A stretch of DNA of 63,216 nucleotides, filler included, from Chrysochromulina tobinii (Eukaryota), in NCBI GenBank assembly GCA_001275005.1. It is 8 parts of 8 records of this genome, joined end to end, with 100 filler letters (N's around TTAATTAATTAA, not from the genome) between each part and the next. Parts side by side here need not be neighbours in the genome. Positions count along the whole stretch, not along the records: positions 1 to 3,975 come from JWZX01000200.1; positions 4,076 to 18,566 come from JWZX01000201.1; 6 more parts are not named here. The stretch is one strand, 5' to 3'. Each line of letters begins with the position of its first letter. Positions within the stretch are counted from its first letter, which is position 1. The notes under the pieces are model-generated. The model was not told where the DNA came from. It did no database searches and saw only the letters and a program-made list of their open reading frames with translations. The position numbers were made by a program, and so were the translations under genes. Below, piece after piece: positions 1 to 10,787 of the stretch.

Positions 1-1
1 C

Positions 2-642
2 ATGACGTCTACAACGCCACTCACGATGGTAGCGGTGGGGTCCGATCCGAAGCAGAGAGCCAAGGAAGAGACGACCAAAACAGCTGCAATAGCAGCAACC
101 TACGAGCTGCGCAAGTCAGGCAGGACCATAGGTTCGTGGCATGCGCGGGCAGCGCCGAAAGACCGCGAGCGATGGACCGAGGAGGTCCAAGAGAACATGC
201 GTACGGCGGCGCCGGTCATCCCGGCGTTCATTCTCAACGGTCCACCAACGATGGAACGAGTCTCGACTATCTACAAGGGCGCTTCACAAGAGGCGATCGC
301 TGCGCAGTACGCAGCAGCGATGCTGGAGTACCAGATGTACAACACAGCGTTCTGGGACGCCATCGAACCCTCTTTGAGGTTCGAAGGCGCGTGTACGAGG
401 CGATGGACCGCCTTCAGAAGAAGGAATTCATGAACAACGACTTGCGATATGGAGTAGGCCTGTACAACTACGTACGGGAGCTCACGAGCGTGAACGCCCA
501 ATCGATCGGCAGATCGTGATCGAAGCCATGCAGGCCCTGGCCTCGCATGGAATTGGAAAGCTGCCCAGTGGTGCCAAGGTGACCCTGGTGCAGGTCAACC
601 AGCACGCCAACGGGCTGCTCGCAAAGTGGCTCGCCGTGCAGC
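2..642 (+). pseudogene. Degenerate, frameshifted ORF resembling the gag region of an algal Ty1/copia-type LTR retrotransposon
   Basis: A protein-like reading continues across two frameshifts (~391, ~505): YNTAFWDAIEPSLRFEG / VYEAMDRLQKKEFMNNDLRYGVGLYNYVRELTSV / QIVIEAMQALASHGIGKLPSGAKVTLVQVNQHANGLLAKWLAVQ. The gag assignment is recalled resemblance only; no pol domains are visible. Confidence 0.35.
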
Positions 643-751
643 GATCCGATGCGCTTCCCCCCTAGAGCCTTCTAAAACCGGTACAGTATACTTCAAGAAT
701 CGAACCTCGAGGCTCACCGTGTCGCGCGACGCACGCGCGCGCGCGCGCGCA

Positions 752-803
752 GCACGGGCCACGCCAAGATACCGAACGCACGGGCCACGCCAAGATACCG
801 AAC
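752..803. repeat. Perfect 26-bp tandem duplication
   Basis: gcacgggccacgccaagataccgaac occurs at 752-777 and 778-803. Confidence 0.85.
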
Positions 804-1097
804 GCCGGTGCCCACACGTCGGCCGACTCAGAACAAGAGGCCGCCCCCCGCGAAGCCGATCCGGCCCCCGTCTTCCCCTCCCAGAGCGAAAAGCACCCCG
901 CGCCTGCTCAAAGGCGGTAGGCGAGATGAAGGCACGCGCCGCTGATGCGTTGCGGCCGGCGGCCCGCGGAACCCCCAAAGAGCTCGAGACGCGAGAGGCG
1001 GACGACGGGCGTGCGCCACGGCCGCGGCGAAGCCGACCACCTGGGAGCGCAACGTCGAGATGCAGATCAATCACTAGCGGTACAGCCCCCCCTCTCG

Positions 1098-1561
1098 CTA
1101 ACGCGGCCAACCAGACACTGCCTTCACCTCGAGGAACTCTCGGAGCCCAAACTCGCCGCCCTCGCGCCCGTTACCCGACGCCTTGACGCCGCCAAAAGGC
1201 GAGCGCGCGCTGCGCCGCTCGCCATTCACCTCAACCATTCCGGCCTTGAGCTGCGGCACGACGCGCCGGATGCGATCGGCTGAGCCTGTCTGGAGGTACG
1301 AGGTGAGACCATAGTTGCGCATCAAGTGGGAAACTCCGTGCTGGACAGCCTTTCCTAGCCCATCACCAAGGTCGGCAAAAAGCAGATTGGGGCCCTTTCC
1401 ACCCAATTCCAATGTGACGCGCTTGACGCTGGCGGCCGCGGCCTTGCTGACCGCTACGCCCGCGTGCGTCGAGCCTGTGAATGAGACCATGTCGACGTCT
1501 CGATGCGCTGCGAGCGCTGCGCCGACGGTCGCGCCCGCGCCGTTGACGAGGTTGAACGAGC
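1098..1561 (-). pseudogene. Aldehyde dehydrogenase fragment (5'-truncated, internally deleted)
   Basis: ALDH motifs FNLVNG..VG..L..H.DVDMVSFTGS, LELGGKG and PFGGVKASGNGREGG are present. An acceptor (cctaac...cacag) sits at 1562. The segment carrying the catalytic Cys is missing, and there is no room for N-terminal exons before the next gene. Confidence 0.8.
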
Positions 1562-1579
1562 CTGTGAGGTCAGGTTAGG

Positions 1580-1765
1580 ATGTGAGGTCCTGTGAGGTCA
1601 TCAGAGGTCATCAGAGGTCATCACAGGTCCTGTGAGGTCATCAGAGGTCATCAGAGGTCATCAGAGGTCATCAGAAGGTGCCTGAGAGGGAGATGAGGGA
1701 GAGCACACGGTGGTCATCAGAGGTCATCAGAGGTCATCAGAAGGTGCCTGAGAGGGAGATGAGAC
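1580..1765. repeat. Decamer minisatellite (ggtcatcaga)n in the ALDH intron/upstream region
   Basis: Repeated ggtcatcaga units, plus a duplicated block ending aaggtgcctgagagggagatgag. Confidence 0.85.
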
Positions 1766-1890
1766 TGTAGCGAGGCTGTCTCGAAACGAAAGAATCACTG
1801 TCTTGACAGTCTAGTATCGTGTTCTTTGCTTGGCAGTCTTGGGTGGCTAGGGTTTCGGCTTTGCCGGGCTTCTCGGACCCAGCAAGCGAG

Positions 1891-2817
1891 TCAATCAGGT
1901 CGCAAGGAGCGAGGACGAGCGTGTGGCACCTGGACAAGGCACGTGACCCAAGGGTCCGTCGGTGGATGCAGAGCTGAGTAATTCTTGCCACGAAGTTCTA
2001 GTTGTGCTTGGCACTTGTGCTCCATAGTCGCTTCCGAGACTTTCACACCTTTGCCCTTCTCTCTTACCGCGGCCCACGGACGAACCAAGGCACCCGCGAG
2101 CAAAGCCACAGCCGGGGCGACGGCGTCCGCCCATTTCATCGGCGCGCCGGCTTCACTGGCCGCTGCAACGCTTTCCTTGGTGAAGAGCGCAGGCGCCTGC
2201 TCCCTGAGCCCGAGCCAGAACTGCACTGTGAAGTAGCATCCCCCAGCGCAACCCCAAACTGGCGCGCGCTCCCGTCCGTACCTGTGTGTAGGCTTCCTCG
2301 AGACATTTGAAGCGTGCCGCAGAAAAGTCTCGTTAAACGTCGGCCAAGGCAAGCCTCCGACGACGGCACCGACTGGAGGCCGTTGTCGAATCGGCGAGTT
2401 CATGCATGTGTCATCCTCCATGTTGATCAGGTATTCACAAGCACAGCTCCGCATGGATCGTATCACACGATTCAGCCAGGTGAGACCCGACATGGTACTC
2501 GTGGCGGTTTGCCCATGCCCCGCGGCAGTCGTATAGGCTGTCCAATGGCAGCCAAAGCGAGCGCACGCGGAGCTGTAATTGAACCCGCCGTGGGTGTCGT
2601 AGCAGTTGTCCGTGGCAACAAAGATGAGCTCATGCTGATAAAAGGAGCGAATCGCATGTAGCAAGTGAACCACGGCCAATCCATTCCGGTGCGCCTGCAT
2701 GTGAAAGCCGTACACATGGCCTGGCTCTGCAACTTGGTGACGAACAGAAGCAGCGCGCTGTTCATCACCCCTTGTCGGGTACCCCTCCCACACGCTGAGT
2801 TGGCCGCCGTTGCACAT
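1891..2817 (-). CDS. Putative glycosyltransferase (GT-A fold-like)
   Basis: 308-aa ORF with LIFVATDN and CEYLINMEDD (DxD-like) motifs and WGCAGG. The start is uncertain. Confidence 0.45.
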   Translation of the reverse strand: MCNGGQLSVWEGYPTRGDEQRAASVRHQVAEPGHVYGFHMQAHRNGLAVVHLLHAIRSFYQHELIFVATDNCYDTHGGFNYSSACARFGCHWTAYTTAAGHGQTATSTMSGLTWLNRVIRSMRSCACEYLINMEDDTCMNSPIRQRPPVGAVVGGLPWPTFNETFLRHASNVSRKPTHRYGRERAPVWGCAGGCYFTVQFWLGLREQAPALFTKESVAAASEAGAPMKWADAVAPAVALLAGALVRPWAAVREKGKGVKVSEATMEHKCQAQLELRGKNYSALHPPTDPWVTCLVQVPHARPRSLRPD

Positions 2818-2874
2818 GTCTCGAGTAGGCGATTGGTCAGCACGCAGTGCGTCTCAACAAGAACCGCCCGTAAA

Positions 2875-3067
2875 ATACCGGTAAAAAGACACCGGGGGGA
2901 GCCGGGACACAGTACCGGTAAAAAGACACCGGGGGGAGCCGGGACACACACGGGACACACGGGACACGCGGACGCACAAAGGCACACGGACCACACAGAC
3001 GAACCTCACAACCATCCAAACCCACCAACAACACACAAGGTCCCGCACAAGGGTAGTCGACGGGGGT
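2875..3067. repeat. Direct repeat plus (gggacacac)-type units; possible non-autonomous transposon remnant
   Basis: taccggtaaaaagacaccggggggagccgggacac occurs twice (~2876 and ~2913), followed by gggacacac/ggac repeats. Confidence 0.55.
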
Positions 3068-3319
3068 GTAACGGCGACGGGGGTGCTCTCGCGTCAGCGG
3101 GGCAACTTGATTACCATCGTTAATATGTTTAGAGTGCTGTCGCCGGCTTCCCCACCCCCGTTTGTCGTTTTTTGGCGTGTGTCGTTTCGGTGGAGAGGAG
3201 CTCTTACTTCAGTCACTTTAGTTCTCTAGTCTCAGTCATGTTCAGGACATGTACATACACTGTCTCCTTACATGTACCACATTTGACGATGGTCCGGTCA
3301 AAGTCCGGACTCCGGTCCA

Positions 3320-3535
3320 CCTGCCGTGCTCGGCCGGGCGGAACTCCGAGCCGGGGCTGCAGTCGTTGCAATCGGCGTCGGCGAAGCCCAGTTGCACGTC
3401 TCGGCGCAGATGGGCGGTGGACGCGGGAAGCGCGGGCCGCAGTCGGCGCAGTCGGTGCCGTAGATGCAGTCTGCGCACTCGGTGCCGGGGCCGCCGTCGT
3501 CGCAGAGGGAGTCGGAGGTGTAGAGACGCGCCCGT
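3320..3535 (-). pseudogene. Degenerate Cys-rich CDDGGPG-repeat protein fragment
   Basis: SDSLCDDGGPGTECADCIYGTDCADCGPR...CAETCNWA, then a frameshift into DADCNDCSPGSEF. I recall this repeat type from haptophyte extracellular proteins. Confidence 0.55.
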
Positions 3536-3844
3536 TGGCGCGCCCCCCGAAGGGAACGCAAAAGAAGTCACTCGACGCCGCCGTCGCGTGTGACGACGGC
3601 GGCGTCGAGAGACGACAGTGTCGTGGCGCACGGCAGCTTGCCAGCTGCCTGGAGGGATTCAGGAGTGGCGGCGGCCGCACGGTGGCCATGGTGACTGCGC
3701 GAGCGCGCGTGCCGGCTATGGGCGCGTGCGTCGGTGCGCCCGCGGCCGGCCGGGGCGCGCGTCCGCGGCGCGATTTGCTGCATCTTCAACGGGCGCACCA
3801 TCGGCCGCGCGCATCGAGAGGCCTGCACCAAGAACGCGTGCACC

Positions 3845-3975
3845 AGAAACCCCCTGAACCAGAAACCCAAAACCCGTGGGGCTGAAAACTTAGCCCCCTG
3901 CAAGGGTTTCACAGGGGGTGGGCGAAACCCGAAACCCATGGGTTTCAGACCCAGGAGCCAAGCCTGAAACCCGAA
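3845..3975. repeat. GAAACCC-rich terminal repeat with palindrome at contig end
   Basis: Multiple (g)aaaccc units and a perfect palindrome gaaacccatgggtttc at 3931-3946. Confidence 0.6.
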
Positions 3976-4075
3976 NNNNNNNNNNNNNNNNNNNNNNNNN
4001 NNNNNNNNNNNNNNNNNNNTTAATTAATTAANNNNNNNNNNNNNNNNNNNNNNNNNNNNNNNNNNNNNNNNNNNN
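3976..4075. other. Artificial contig linker
   Basis: N-run + ttaattaattaa (stops in all six frames) + N-run, 100 nt. Confidence 0.99.
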
Positions 4076-4345
4076 AAGGGATCAGTGCAGAGCCTCGCCC
4101 TCGGTGGCTCGGTGCTGGTGAGCGGCGGAAGCGACGACAGGACGATCAAGGTCTGGTCGCTCCTCAAAGACGTCGACGCGAGCGAGTGCGCCACACTCGA
4201 CACACACCCTAGCGCTGTGAGGAGCGTGGCCATCTCGCCGTCGGGCGGCTTTGTCGCGAGCGTGATCAATGGCACTGGTGGAGTGAATGCTGATCAAGGC
4301 AAGGTCTTCGTGTGGAGGCCGGCCTATACAAAGAAGGCGAGGTAG
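4076..4345 (+). CDS. WD40-repeat protein, C-terminal fragment
   Basis: VLVSGGSDDRTIKVW and HPSAVRSVAISPSG; 5' end cut by the contig start. Confidence 0.8.
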   Translation, partial: KGSVQSLALGGSVLVSGGSDDRTIKVWSLLKDVDASECATLDTHPSAVRSVAISPSGGFVASVINGTGGVNADQGKVFVWRPAYTKKAR

Positions 4346-4723
4346 AGGAAGAGAGGGGCTGTGCATGTGCCCCTCTCGGGACCAACTCGGCGCCTCACAC
4401 GGCGTCTGGGCAACGCCAACGGGTCTGGGGGTAGAACTAGTTGTGGGGCCTTTCGTTGAGTGGGGGAGGTTCCGTCGCGGGCACTGCGAACGTGTGGCTG
4501 TGGGCAAACCGGAAGTCGGAACTCGTCTGGATATATATATGACATATGATGCGATTCTTACTCTTCCACACTCGACACTGACACACCACAGACGGATCAT
4601 GATCAGCTGATCTCACACGCCACCAAATCATGAAACGACGTGTACACGTGCGGCTGTACGCCGCCGCTTCATAGACCGCAAGGGCGAGCAAGCACCCGTG
4701 CCGTCGAAGAAGACGCGCACTCA

Positions 4724-7023
4724 TCACGCCAGCCCCACGCCGCGGCCGACGACCTGCAGCGCGTCATTCGAGTGCCCGTCGTAAAAGGTGACAGTGAGCT
4801 GCGAGCAGCCCCAAACGACGAGTCGTTCGAGCCCTTCACACGCGTCCACGAGCGCGCCGACCCCGTGATCACTCACGCCGCGGCACCAGGAGAGGTCGAG
4901 GACGCGGAGTGCGTCGGCGCAGTGGGTCTTGAGCGCCAGCAGAGCAACGTCCGACACGCCGGGCACCTTGTTGAGCGACAGGTGCGAGAGCCCGCGGCAG
5001 TTGGCGGCGAGCGCGCCAACGGCCTCGTCGGAGAGTTGGACGCATCCCTTGAGGGAGAGGCGCTCGAGGGCGGGCAAGCTCTCGGCGATCGCGTGGAGCG
5101 CCGTGTCGGTCACGAGCTCGACGCCCTCGAGATCGAGCTCGCGCAGCGTAGCGCACAGGCGGGCGACGGACACGATCGCTTCCGGGCTGAGCAGCGAGCA
5201 GCCGCGTAGCCCGAGGGAGGTCAGCCGAGGTGCGCAGCCGTCGATGAGCTCGAGGAGTCTCTCGTCCGTGAGGAGGCACAGGCCGCTCAGCGAGAGCGTC
5301 GTGAGCGCGCGCAGCCGGCGCAGCGGCGCGAGGCACTCGGACGGGAGCTGATCGCAATCCTCGAGGCGCAGCGTGCGCAGCGTGTCGCCGCAGTGCGCGC
5401 CGATGAGGCCGATCGAGTCCGCACCGAATTGCGAGTTGGAGCTGAGGACGAGCTCGGTGAGGCCGGCGCCGCGCGCGCCGAGGAGCGAGCGGAGGGCGGG
5501 CGTTGAGAGGCGATAGCAGCCGCGCAGCCGCAGCGTGTGCAGCTCGCTCAGACGCTCGAGCACTGCCACCGCCTCAGGGCCCATTGGCCGTCCACACAAG
5601 CCGAGATCGACGAGACGCAACGGGTGAGTTGCGTGGTCGGCGAGGCGGCTGAGGGCCTGCTTCATCGCGCCCTCGGTGAGCAAGGAGCAGTTGGGCAACA
5701 CGAGCTCCGTCGCGCCCGCATCCTCGGCGGTGAGCAGCCCGAGGGCGTGGTCGTCGAACTTGCGAACGCTCCCGAGCCTCTCGGCGATGGCGTGCTGTGT
5801 GCCGGGCGACAGGATGCCGAAGGAGGCGACCGCGTCGATGTTCTCGACCAAAAAGGCAACCGCGAGCTCCTGCAGCAAGGGCACGCGCGCGAAGCTCGAC
5901 CGGCGCGCCGTCGCGGTCGCCGGGTCGCGTCGCGGCTTCCACAGGACCAATGGCTCAACGGCCGTGCCCGCGGCGATCGCCTCCTCGCGGGCTGAGCGGG
6001 CTTGTTCCCGCTGCTCGATCAGACGGGTCGCTGTGGACCAGGGGCCGCACCAGCCCTCGCCACGCTCTTGCTCCGTCTCGCCGATGCCGCCGATACGGAA
6101 GCCTCGCATGCGCGGGTCGCGAACCGCGACGGCCGCCGCCGGCGCGCCCGCGGTGGCCTCGCCGCCGCCGCCGCCGCCGTCCGCATCCTCGGGGCCCTCG
6201 GGCGGCTGCATCGCGTCCAGAGCCGCTTCCCACGCACCGGACGCCTGCCGGCTCTTGCGCCCCCACTTGCTCGTCTGGTCGCCGCTCGCGCGGCCGCTCG
6301 CGCCGCCCGCGCCGCCCGCGCCGCCCTTGGCGCCAGTGCCGCCCGAGCCGCCCTTGCGGCCGCCTCCACCGCCGCCGTCCTCGCCGCCGCCTTCACCGGA
6401 GGTGGGCTCGCTCGCGCCAGCCGGACGCTTGCGGGCGGCCTTGGAACCGGCCGCCGGCGCGGCGGCCGCCGGCGCAGCGGCACCGACCTCTAGTGGTGCC
6501 CTCGATACTTGGGCCTCGGACATCGACACCTTCTTGGCTTTCTTGCCATTAGGTGCCTCGGGCTGCTCAGCAGATGCGGCGCCCGAGCGAGCGCGTTTTG
6601 CACCCGCGCCGGCAGAATCCGTGCCTGCAGAGGCGGCTGGCGTGCTGGACCCCGCCTTGGCGCTCGCCTTGCTGGCTATGGTGCCCGCAGTGTTGCTGCT
6701 GGATGCCGCTGTCTGAGGCACGCCTTCAAAGTCGTCATCGTCTGAAAGCTCCACGCGAACGGAAAGGTTCTCTTCGCGGAGCGCAAGCTTTTTGGGCTCG
6801 CCGTCTACCAAGACTGCGGCACATCGCACGCTCCTTGGGTGAGGCGAAAGGAATCGGAGGGGCAGTGTGTGGGGTGCATCAGGGCAGCCGTGCAACACAT
6901 ACCGTTCCAGCGATCACGCTTGACGTCTCGCGAGTGCACGGTGCCCGAGCGCCCGTTGAGGTCAGCGCGTGTGACAAGGCCGACGATGACGACGTTGGCG
7001 CCAAGAGCGAGGCACGCGCTCAT
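4724..7023 (-). CDS. RAD7: RAD7/rhp7-like LRR DNA-repair protein with an N-terminal SH3/KOW-like domain; intron 6814-6902
   Basis: WCGPWSTA..I..RE motif and VPLLQEL..FLVENID..ASFG, followed by Cys-containing LRRs. A GTATGT...CAG intron joins RWN|VLVDGEPKKLALREENL. Confidence 0.7.
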
Positions 7024-7223
7024 GGCTCGATGCGCTCGGGGGGTCGTCGCAGCCGCGCGCGCCGCGAAGGCCGCCGCGACGGCGCTTTTTCCTAGCCGCA
7101 AGGCCCAGCTTCGTCCACGAAACCCCACAAGCCCGTATCGTCGCGTTGCGGATCTCGCGCTCTCCTGGGCTGGCTTTGTGACCGATTCACAAAACTGGCG
7201 GGCCCGGCCACAGCCCCGTTGCG

Positions 7224-8918
7224 TTGATCATGGTCATCGTGACCGTCCACTTGGACAGGCGCGGCGGTTACAAGGAAGTACCCGTCTACCGGCCAGCTCC
7301 TCGTCGCACCTTGAGCCCGGATGAGCGCCAACGCCTGGAGGCGGAGCATCGCCGCTTAAACGCCGCTGCGGAGAAGCAAGCCGGCATCGCTAGACATCTT
7401 CGTGAAGTGCAGATGGTGCCGCCTGCTGATCTGCACCGCAAGCAGCAAGCCGTGAGGCTCGAACTTGCTCAGAGACGCGAAAAAAAGATTCGCTTCGCTG
7501 CACGTGAGAGCGCTGGGATAGCGAGACGCTATGGTACCGAGACGGCGTTGCTCAAGCTGTATGGTGACGCCGTGCACAACATCGCGAACAGCGCCGTCCA
7601 GCGGGTGCACGTGTCGCACGAAGCGCAGCCTCTAACGTCCGAGTGTGTGCACGCCCTCTTCCACAGGACGCCACCTGATGCGGCCGCGCCCAGGGTGCTC
7701 TCGCGTCCGTCTCCAAAGCGCCTTCAAGGCGACACAGAAGCCAGCGACTACTTCATGCCACACTTTGGTGCGCCCCCGATGCAGCCGGGGCTGCACGCGA
7801 CGCTCGCCTTGCAGCGAGCCTCATCAGCGGGGCGAGTGCGCCCCGGCACTTCGCGCAACGTCGAGCATCCCTACCAGCGTGGATCGGGACGGCCGAGCTC
7901 CAGGCCGAGCTCGGCGCCAGTAGTGTCCTCTTCTGGCGCCTTGGAGATGAAACCCACGCAATCGTGGCAGGAGTTGATTTTCCAACGAGGCCGCAAGGCC
8001 AAGGAGGAGTACAACAAGGCGTTCATAGGCAAGACGAGGCCTTCGTCTGCGGCCTCGGATCGCACTAGCGAGGCGGCAGCAGCTCTCGCTGCCCGCGAGG
8101 CGGCTATCGCTGCCCGAGCACAGGAGCTGAAGGAGAAGATGGCCGCGCTCAAGGCGGCCAAGGATGCGGGCGACATCTCCGTCGCAGAGTATGCGCAGGC
8201 GATCAGCAAGCTGCGGCAGGAGCACCAGGCGGCGGAGCAGGCGGCGGAAGCGGCGCGAAAGCTCGAGGAGACGACACAAGAGTATTTAGCGCGCGAGCAG
8301 GAGTTGGCCAAGCGGCTCAGCAAGGGTGGGAGCCCGCCGAGCGCGGGCGAGCTCGCACACGCGCGCGACGTGGCGCTGTGCGTGCGGCTCGAGGCGAAGC
8401 TTGGCCGGCCTCCGACGGAGGCGGAGATGGCGGCTGGCCGGCCATCCACAGAACATCCACGTGCGCGGCGCGCTCTGTACTTAGACGAAGAGCCGCCTCC
8501 GGCAGAGGCGAGGCCAGCAGCAACCGAGGCTACCCGGTCTCCGCCCTCCCGCCCCGCCTCCCGGTCCGAAGAGACGCGACAACAGACTTATGCAGAAATG
8601 ATGCTCGAAGACCAGCGTCGCGCCGAAGCCATGGTAAAGGCAGAGAAGCTGCGGATCCGGAACGAAAAGCGCAAAACCCTGGACATTATCGAGCTCCTCG
8701 CGCGCAAGTCGGCCGAGCGGGTGGCGGCCGCGCTCGTCGAGAAGCGCGCGCAAGAGTCGGCTGCTGAGGCAGCATTGAAGATGAAGGAGCAGCAGGCCGC
8801 CCGCAGGGTCGTGGCCGATGAGGCGGCCCGGATCGTGGGGATGGCGGTCATGAAAGCGTTGGAGCGTGCGGCAGGGCCGTGGCCCCAGTGCGCGGCGCCA
8901 AGAAGGCCGTACGCATGA
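7224..8918 (+). CDS. Hypothetical coiled-coil protein
   Basis: 564-aa ORF with Ala/Glu/Lys-rich helical segments; start uncertain. Confidence 0.55.
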   Translation: MIMVIVTVHLDRRGGYKEVPVYRPAPRRTLSPDERQRLEAEHRRLNAAAEKQAGIARHLREVQMVPPADLHRKQQAVRLELAQRREKKIRFAARESAGIARRYGTETALLKLYGDAVHNIANSAVQRVHVSHEAQPLTSECVHALFHRTPPDAAAPRVLSRPSPKRLQGDTEASDYFMPHFGAPPMQPGLHATLALQRASSAGRVRPGTSRNVEHPYQRGSGRPSSRPSSAPVVSSSGALEMKPTQSWQELIFQRGRKAKEEYNKAFIGKTRPSSAASDRTSEAAAALAAREAAIAARAQELKEKMAALKAAKDAGDISVAEYAQAISKLRQEHQAAEQAAEAARKLEETTQEYLAREQELAKRLSKGGSPPSAGELAHARDVALCVRLEAKLGRPPTEAEMAAGRPSTEHPRARRALYLDEEPPPAEARPAATEATRSPPSRPASRSEETRQQTYAEMMLEDQRRAEAMVKAEKLRIRNEKRKTLDIIELLARKSAERVAAALVEKRAQESAAEAALKMKEQQAARRVVADEAARIVGMAVMKALERAAGPWPQCAAPRRPYA

Positions 8919-9088
8919 GGATGAGCCGCTTAGCGAGTCCTGTTGACACAGTCATACGACACCTTCCTGCGACGGCGCCGCCTGTGAATTCTCGTAACGG
9001 CGTCCTGTGTGAATTCTCAACTGCACCTGCTCCAACTGCCTGCACGACCAAGGGGCTGCCAGCCCTTGGCACGACTCACGGACCCGCT

Positions 9089-10493
9089 ATGGCCGGGATT
9101 ATGAGGTCTCTCCGTGAGGGTGAGCGTGTCATGACCCTGTACAAGAGCGTGCAAATGAAGATGGCTGAGCTTGGTGACCTGACGGATCGCCTCCGTGAGG
9201 CGCCAGACGCTCTCGCGGCGGAAAAAGAGGCGCTGCAGGTGCAGCTGGGTTCGATGATTGCAGCGGAAGAGGCACGTCACTCCTGCTCTCTGGATGCAAC
9301 ATCCAGCTACTACGATCCCAAGGAGGCGGCACTCGTACGTGCTCACGAGGAGGCCGAGAAACGCGAGCGCCACATCGAACAGCTCGTCGCAGACCTGCGC
9401 GCCGCCAACCTGGAGGTCCAGGGCATCGCGCAAGCAGATCAGCGAGCTGCAGCATGAGCTCGCCGCCGAGCAACATGAGCTTCACAAGCTGCGGCTGGAG
9501 GCGCGCTTAACGCTGACACCCACGATGTCTGCTGCGCGCATGCCGCAAGGGCACACGTCACCACTGCCACCGTACTCACGACAGCTCGAGCACCCAGAGC
9601 TCGAGACCCCACGCCCACCAAGCACGCCGTCAGGCGCCGCCAGTGCGCGGCGCCCGCGCACTGCCGCGGCGTCGCGTGAACAGCAGCAGCGCACACCCGG
9701 CGGCAGCGCGCGCGGCGCGGGCCACAGCAGTGCACGGCCGGCGGCTCACAGCCACACCCCCGCCAAGGCGGCGGCCCGTATAGGTGCTCTCAACGGAAGC
9801 TCCATGCCGAGTACAGGTGCTCTCGGCGGAAGCTGCATGCCGGGCACCGGTACGGGCCGCGTGGCAGCAGGCGCGGCGGCGGCGGCGGCGCTCATGCTGG
9901 ACAGAGCCCCCAGCTTAATGCTCGAGGTGGCTCCCGATCTGAGCGCCCCGTTCTCCGAGTTTGCCAAGTACTATGGCGCGCTCGGTGGGCGACACAAAGG
10001 AGGCGCCACGTTCACAGGGGATGCGTTCACAGGGGATGCGTTCAACAGGGATGCGACACATAGCCTCGGCCGAAGCCCAGCGGCGAGCGTCTTGTCGAGC
10101 CGAAGCCTGGCGCCGCGCGACGCGGGCGTGCAGACAGACGACGAGCTGCTGACGCTGAGGACACATGCCGACGAGTTTGGGTGGAAGGAGCGCTGTGTTG
10201 AGCTCCAGAAGGCGAACTCACGGCTCCAGACTGCACTGCTCGCTGCAGCACTGGATGGCGGCAAGGACGTCGACCTTCGGACCGCCCTGAGCGCTGTCAA
10301 CCGCACCGGCAACGTCGGGGGGCCGGGGAGCACCAAGGTGCTGGGCAGCGCCGTGCTGGGCAGCCAGCCACGCCCCCACAGAGCCGGATCTGCCAGCGCA
10401 CGGCGTCCCACGTCCGCCGGCATAGGGTACACCCTGGATGGCATGCCCGCCGTGCCCAAGGTGGTACTCCACGAATGGCCGCCGATGGCGTAG
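9089..10493 (+). CDS. Hypothetical coiled-coil/disordered protein with an apparent single-base frameshift near 9421
   Basis: The coiled-coil reading ...LRAANLEVQ continues as ASRKQISELQHELAAEQ in another frame across caggg. Confidence 0.45.
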
Positions 10494-10787
10494 GCATGGG
10501 GCCTCGTGGGCGCGTAGCTTGGTTAGAAGTTAGAATAGAGTGGACACACTAGCCGTACCGATGGGAGCGACGCAGACTATTGCAACGGACGTCCCGCTAC
10601 ATGTACAACGAAGAACGAAGCCATCATACCCCCCGCCTCTACGGGGCTTGTGGGTGTGTGTCTGGCCGGTCGGGCCCTGAAACGACCTTCAATCCCGCTT
10701 CGCAATCCAATCGCACCCCGAGTTCCAGATCGAACCGAGGACAACGAGCGAGTGAGCTCCCTCCGACGCGGATGCCGTCGGCATAAC

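Noticed and set aside
595..1186. Arg-rich ORFs on both strands
   Set aside because: Low-complexity GC-rich frames with no domain signal.
3976..4075. Recurrent N-TTAATTAATTAA-N blocks (seven in the window)
   Set aside because: Artificial linkers; adjacency across them has no biological meaning.
9415..9425. Programmed frameshift (also ~42720)
   Set aside because: Single-base shifts in short G or CG runs with no slippery heptamer; sequencing/consensus error or allele decay is more likely.
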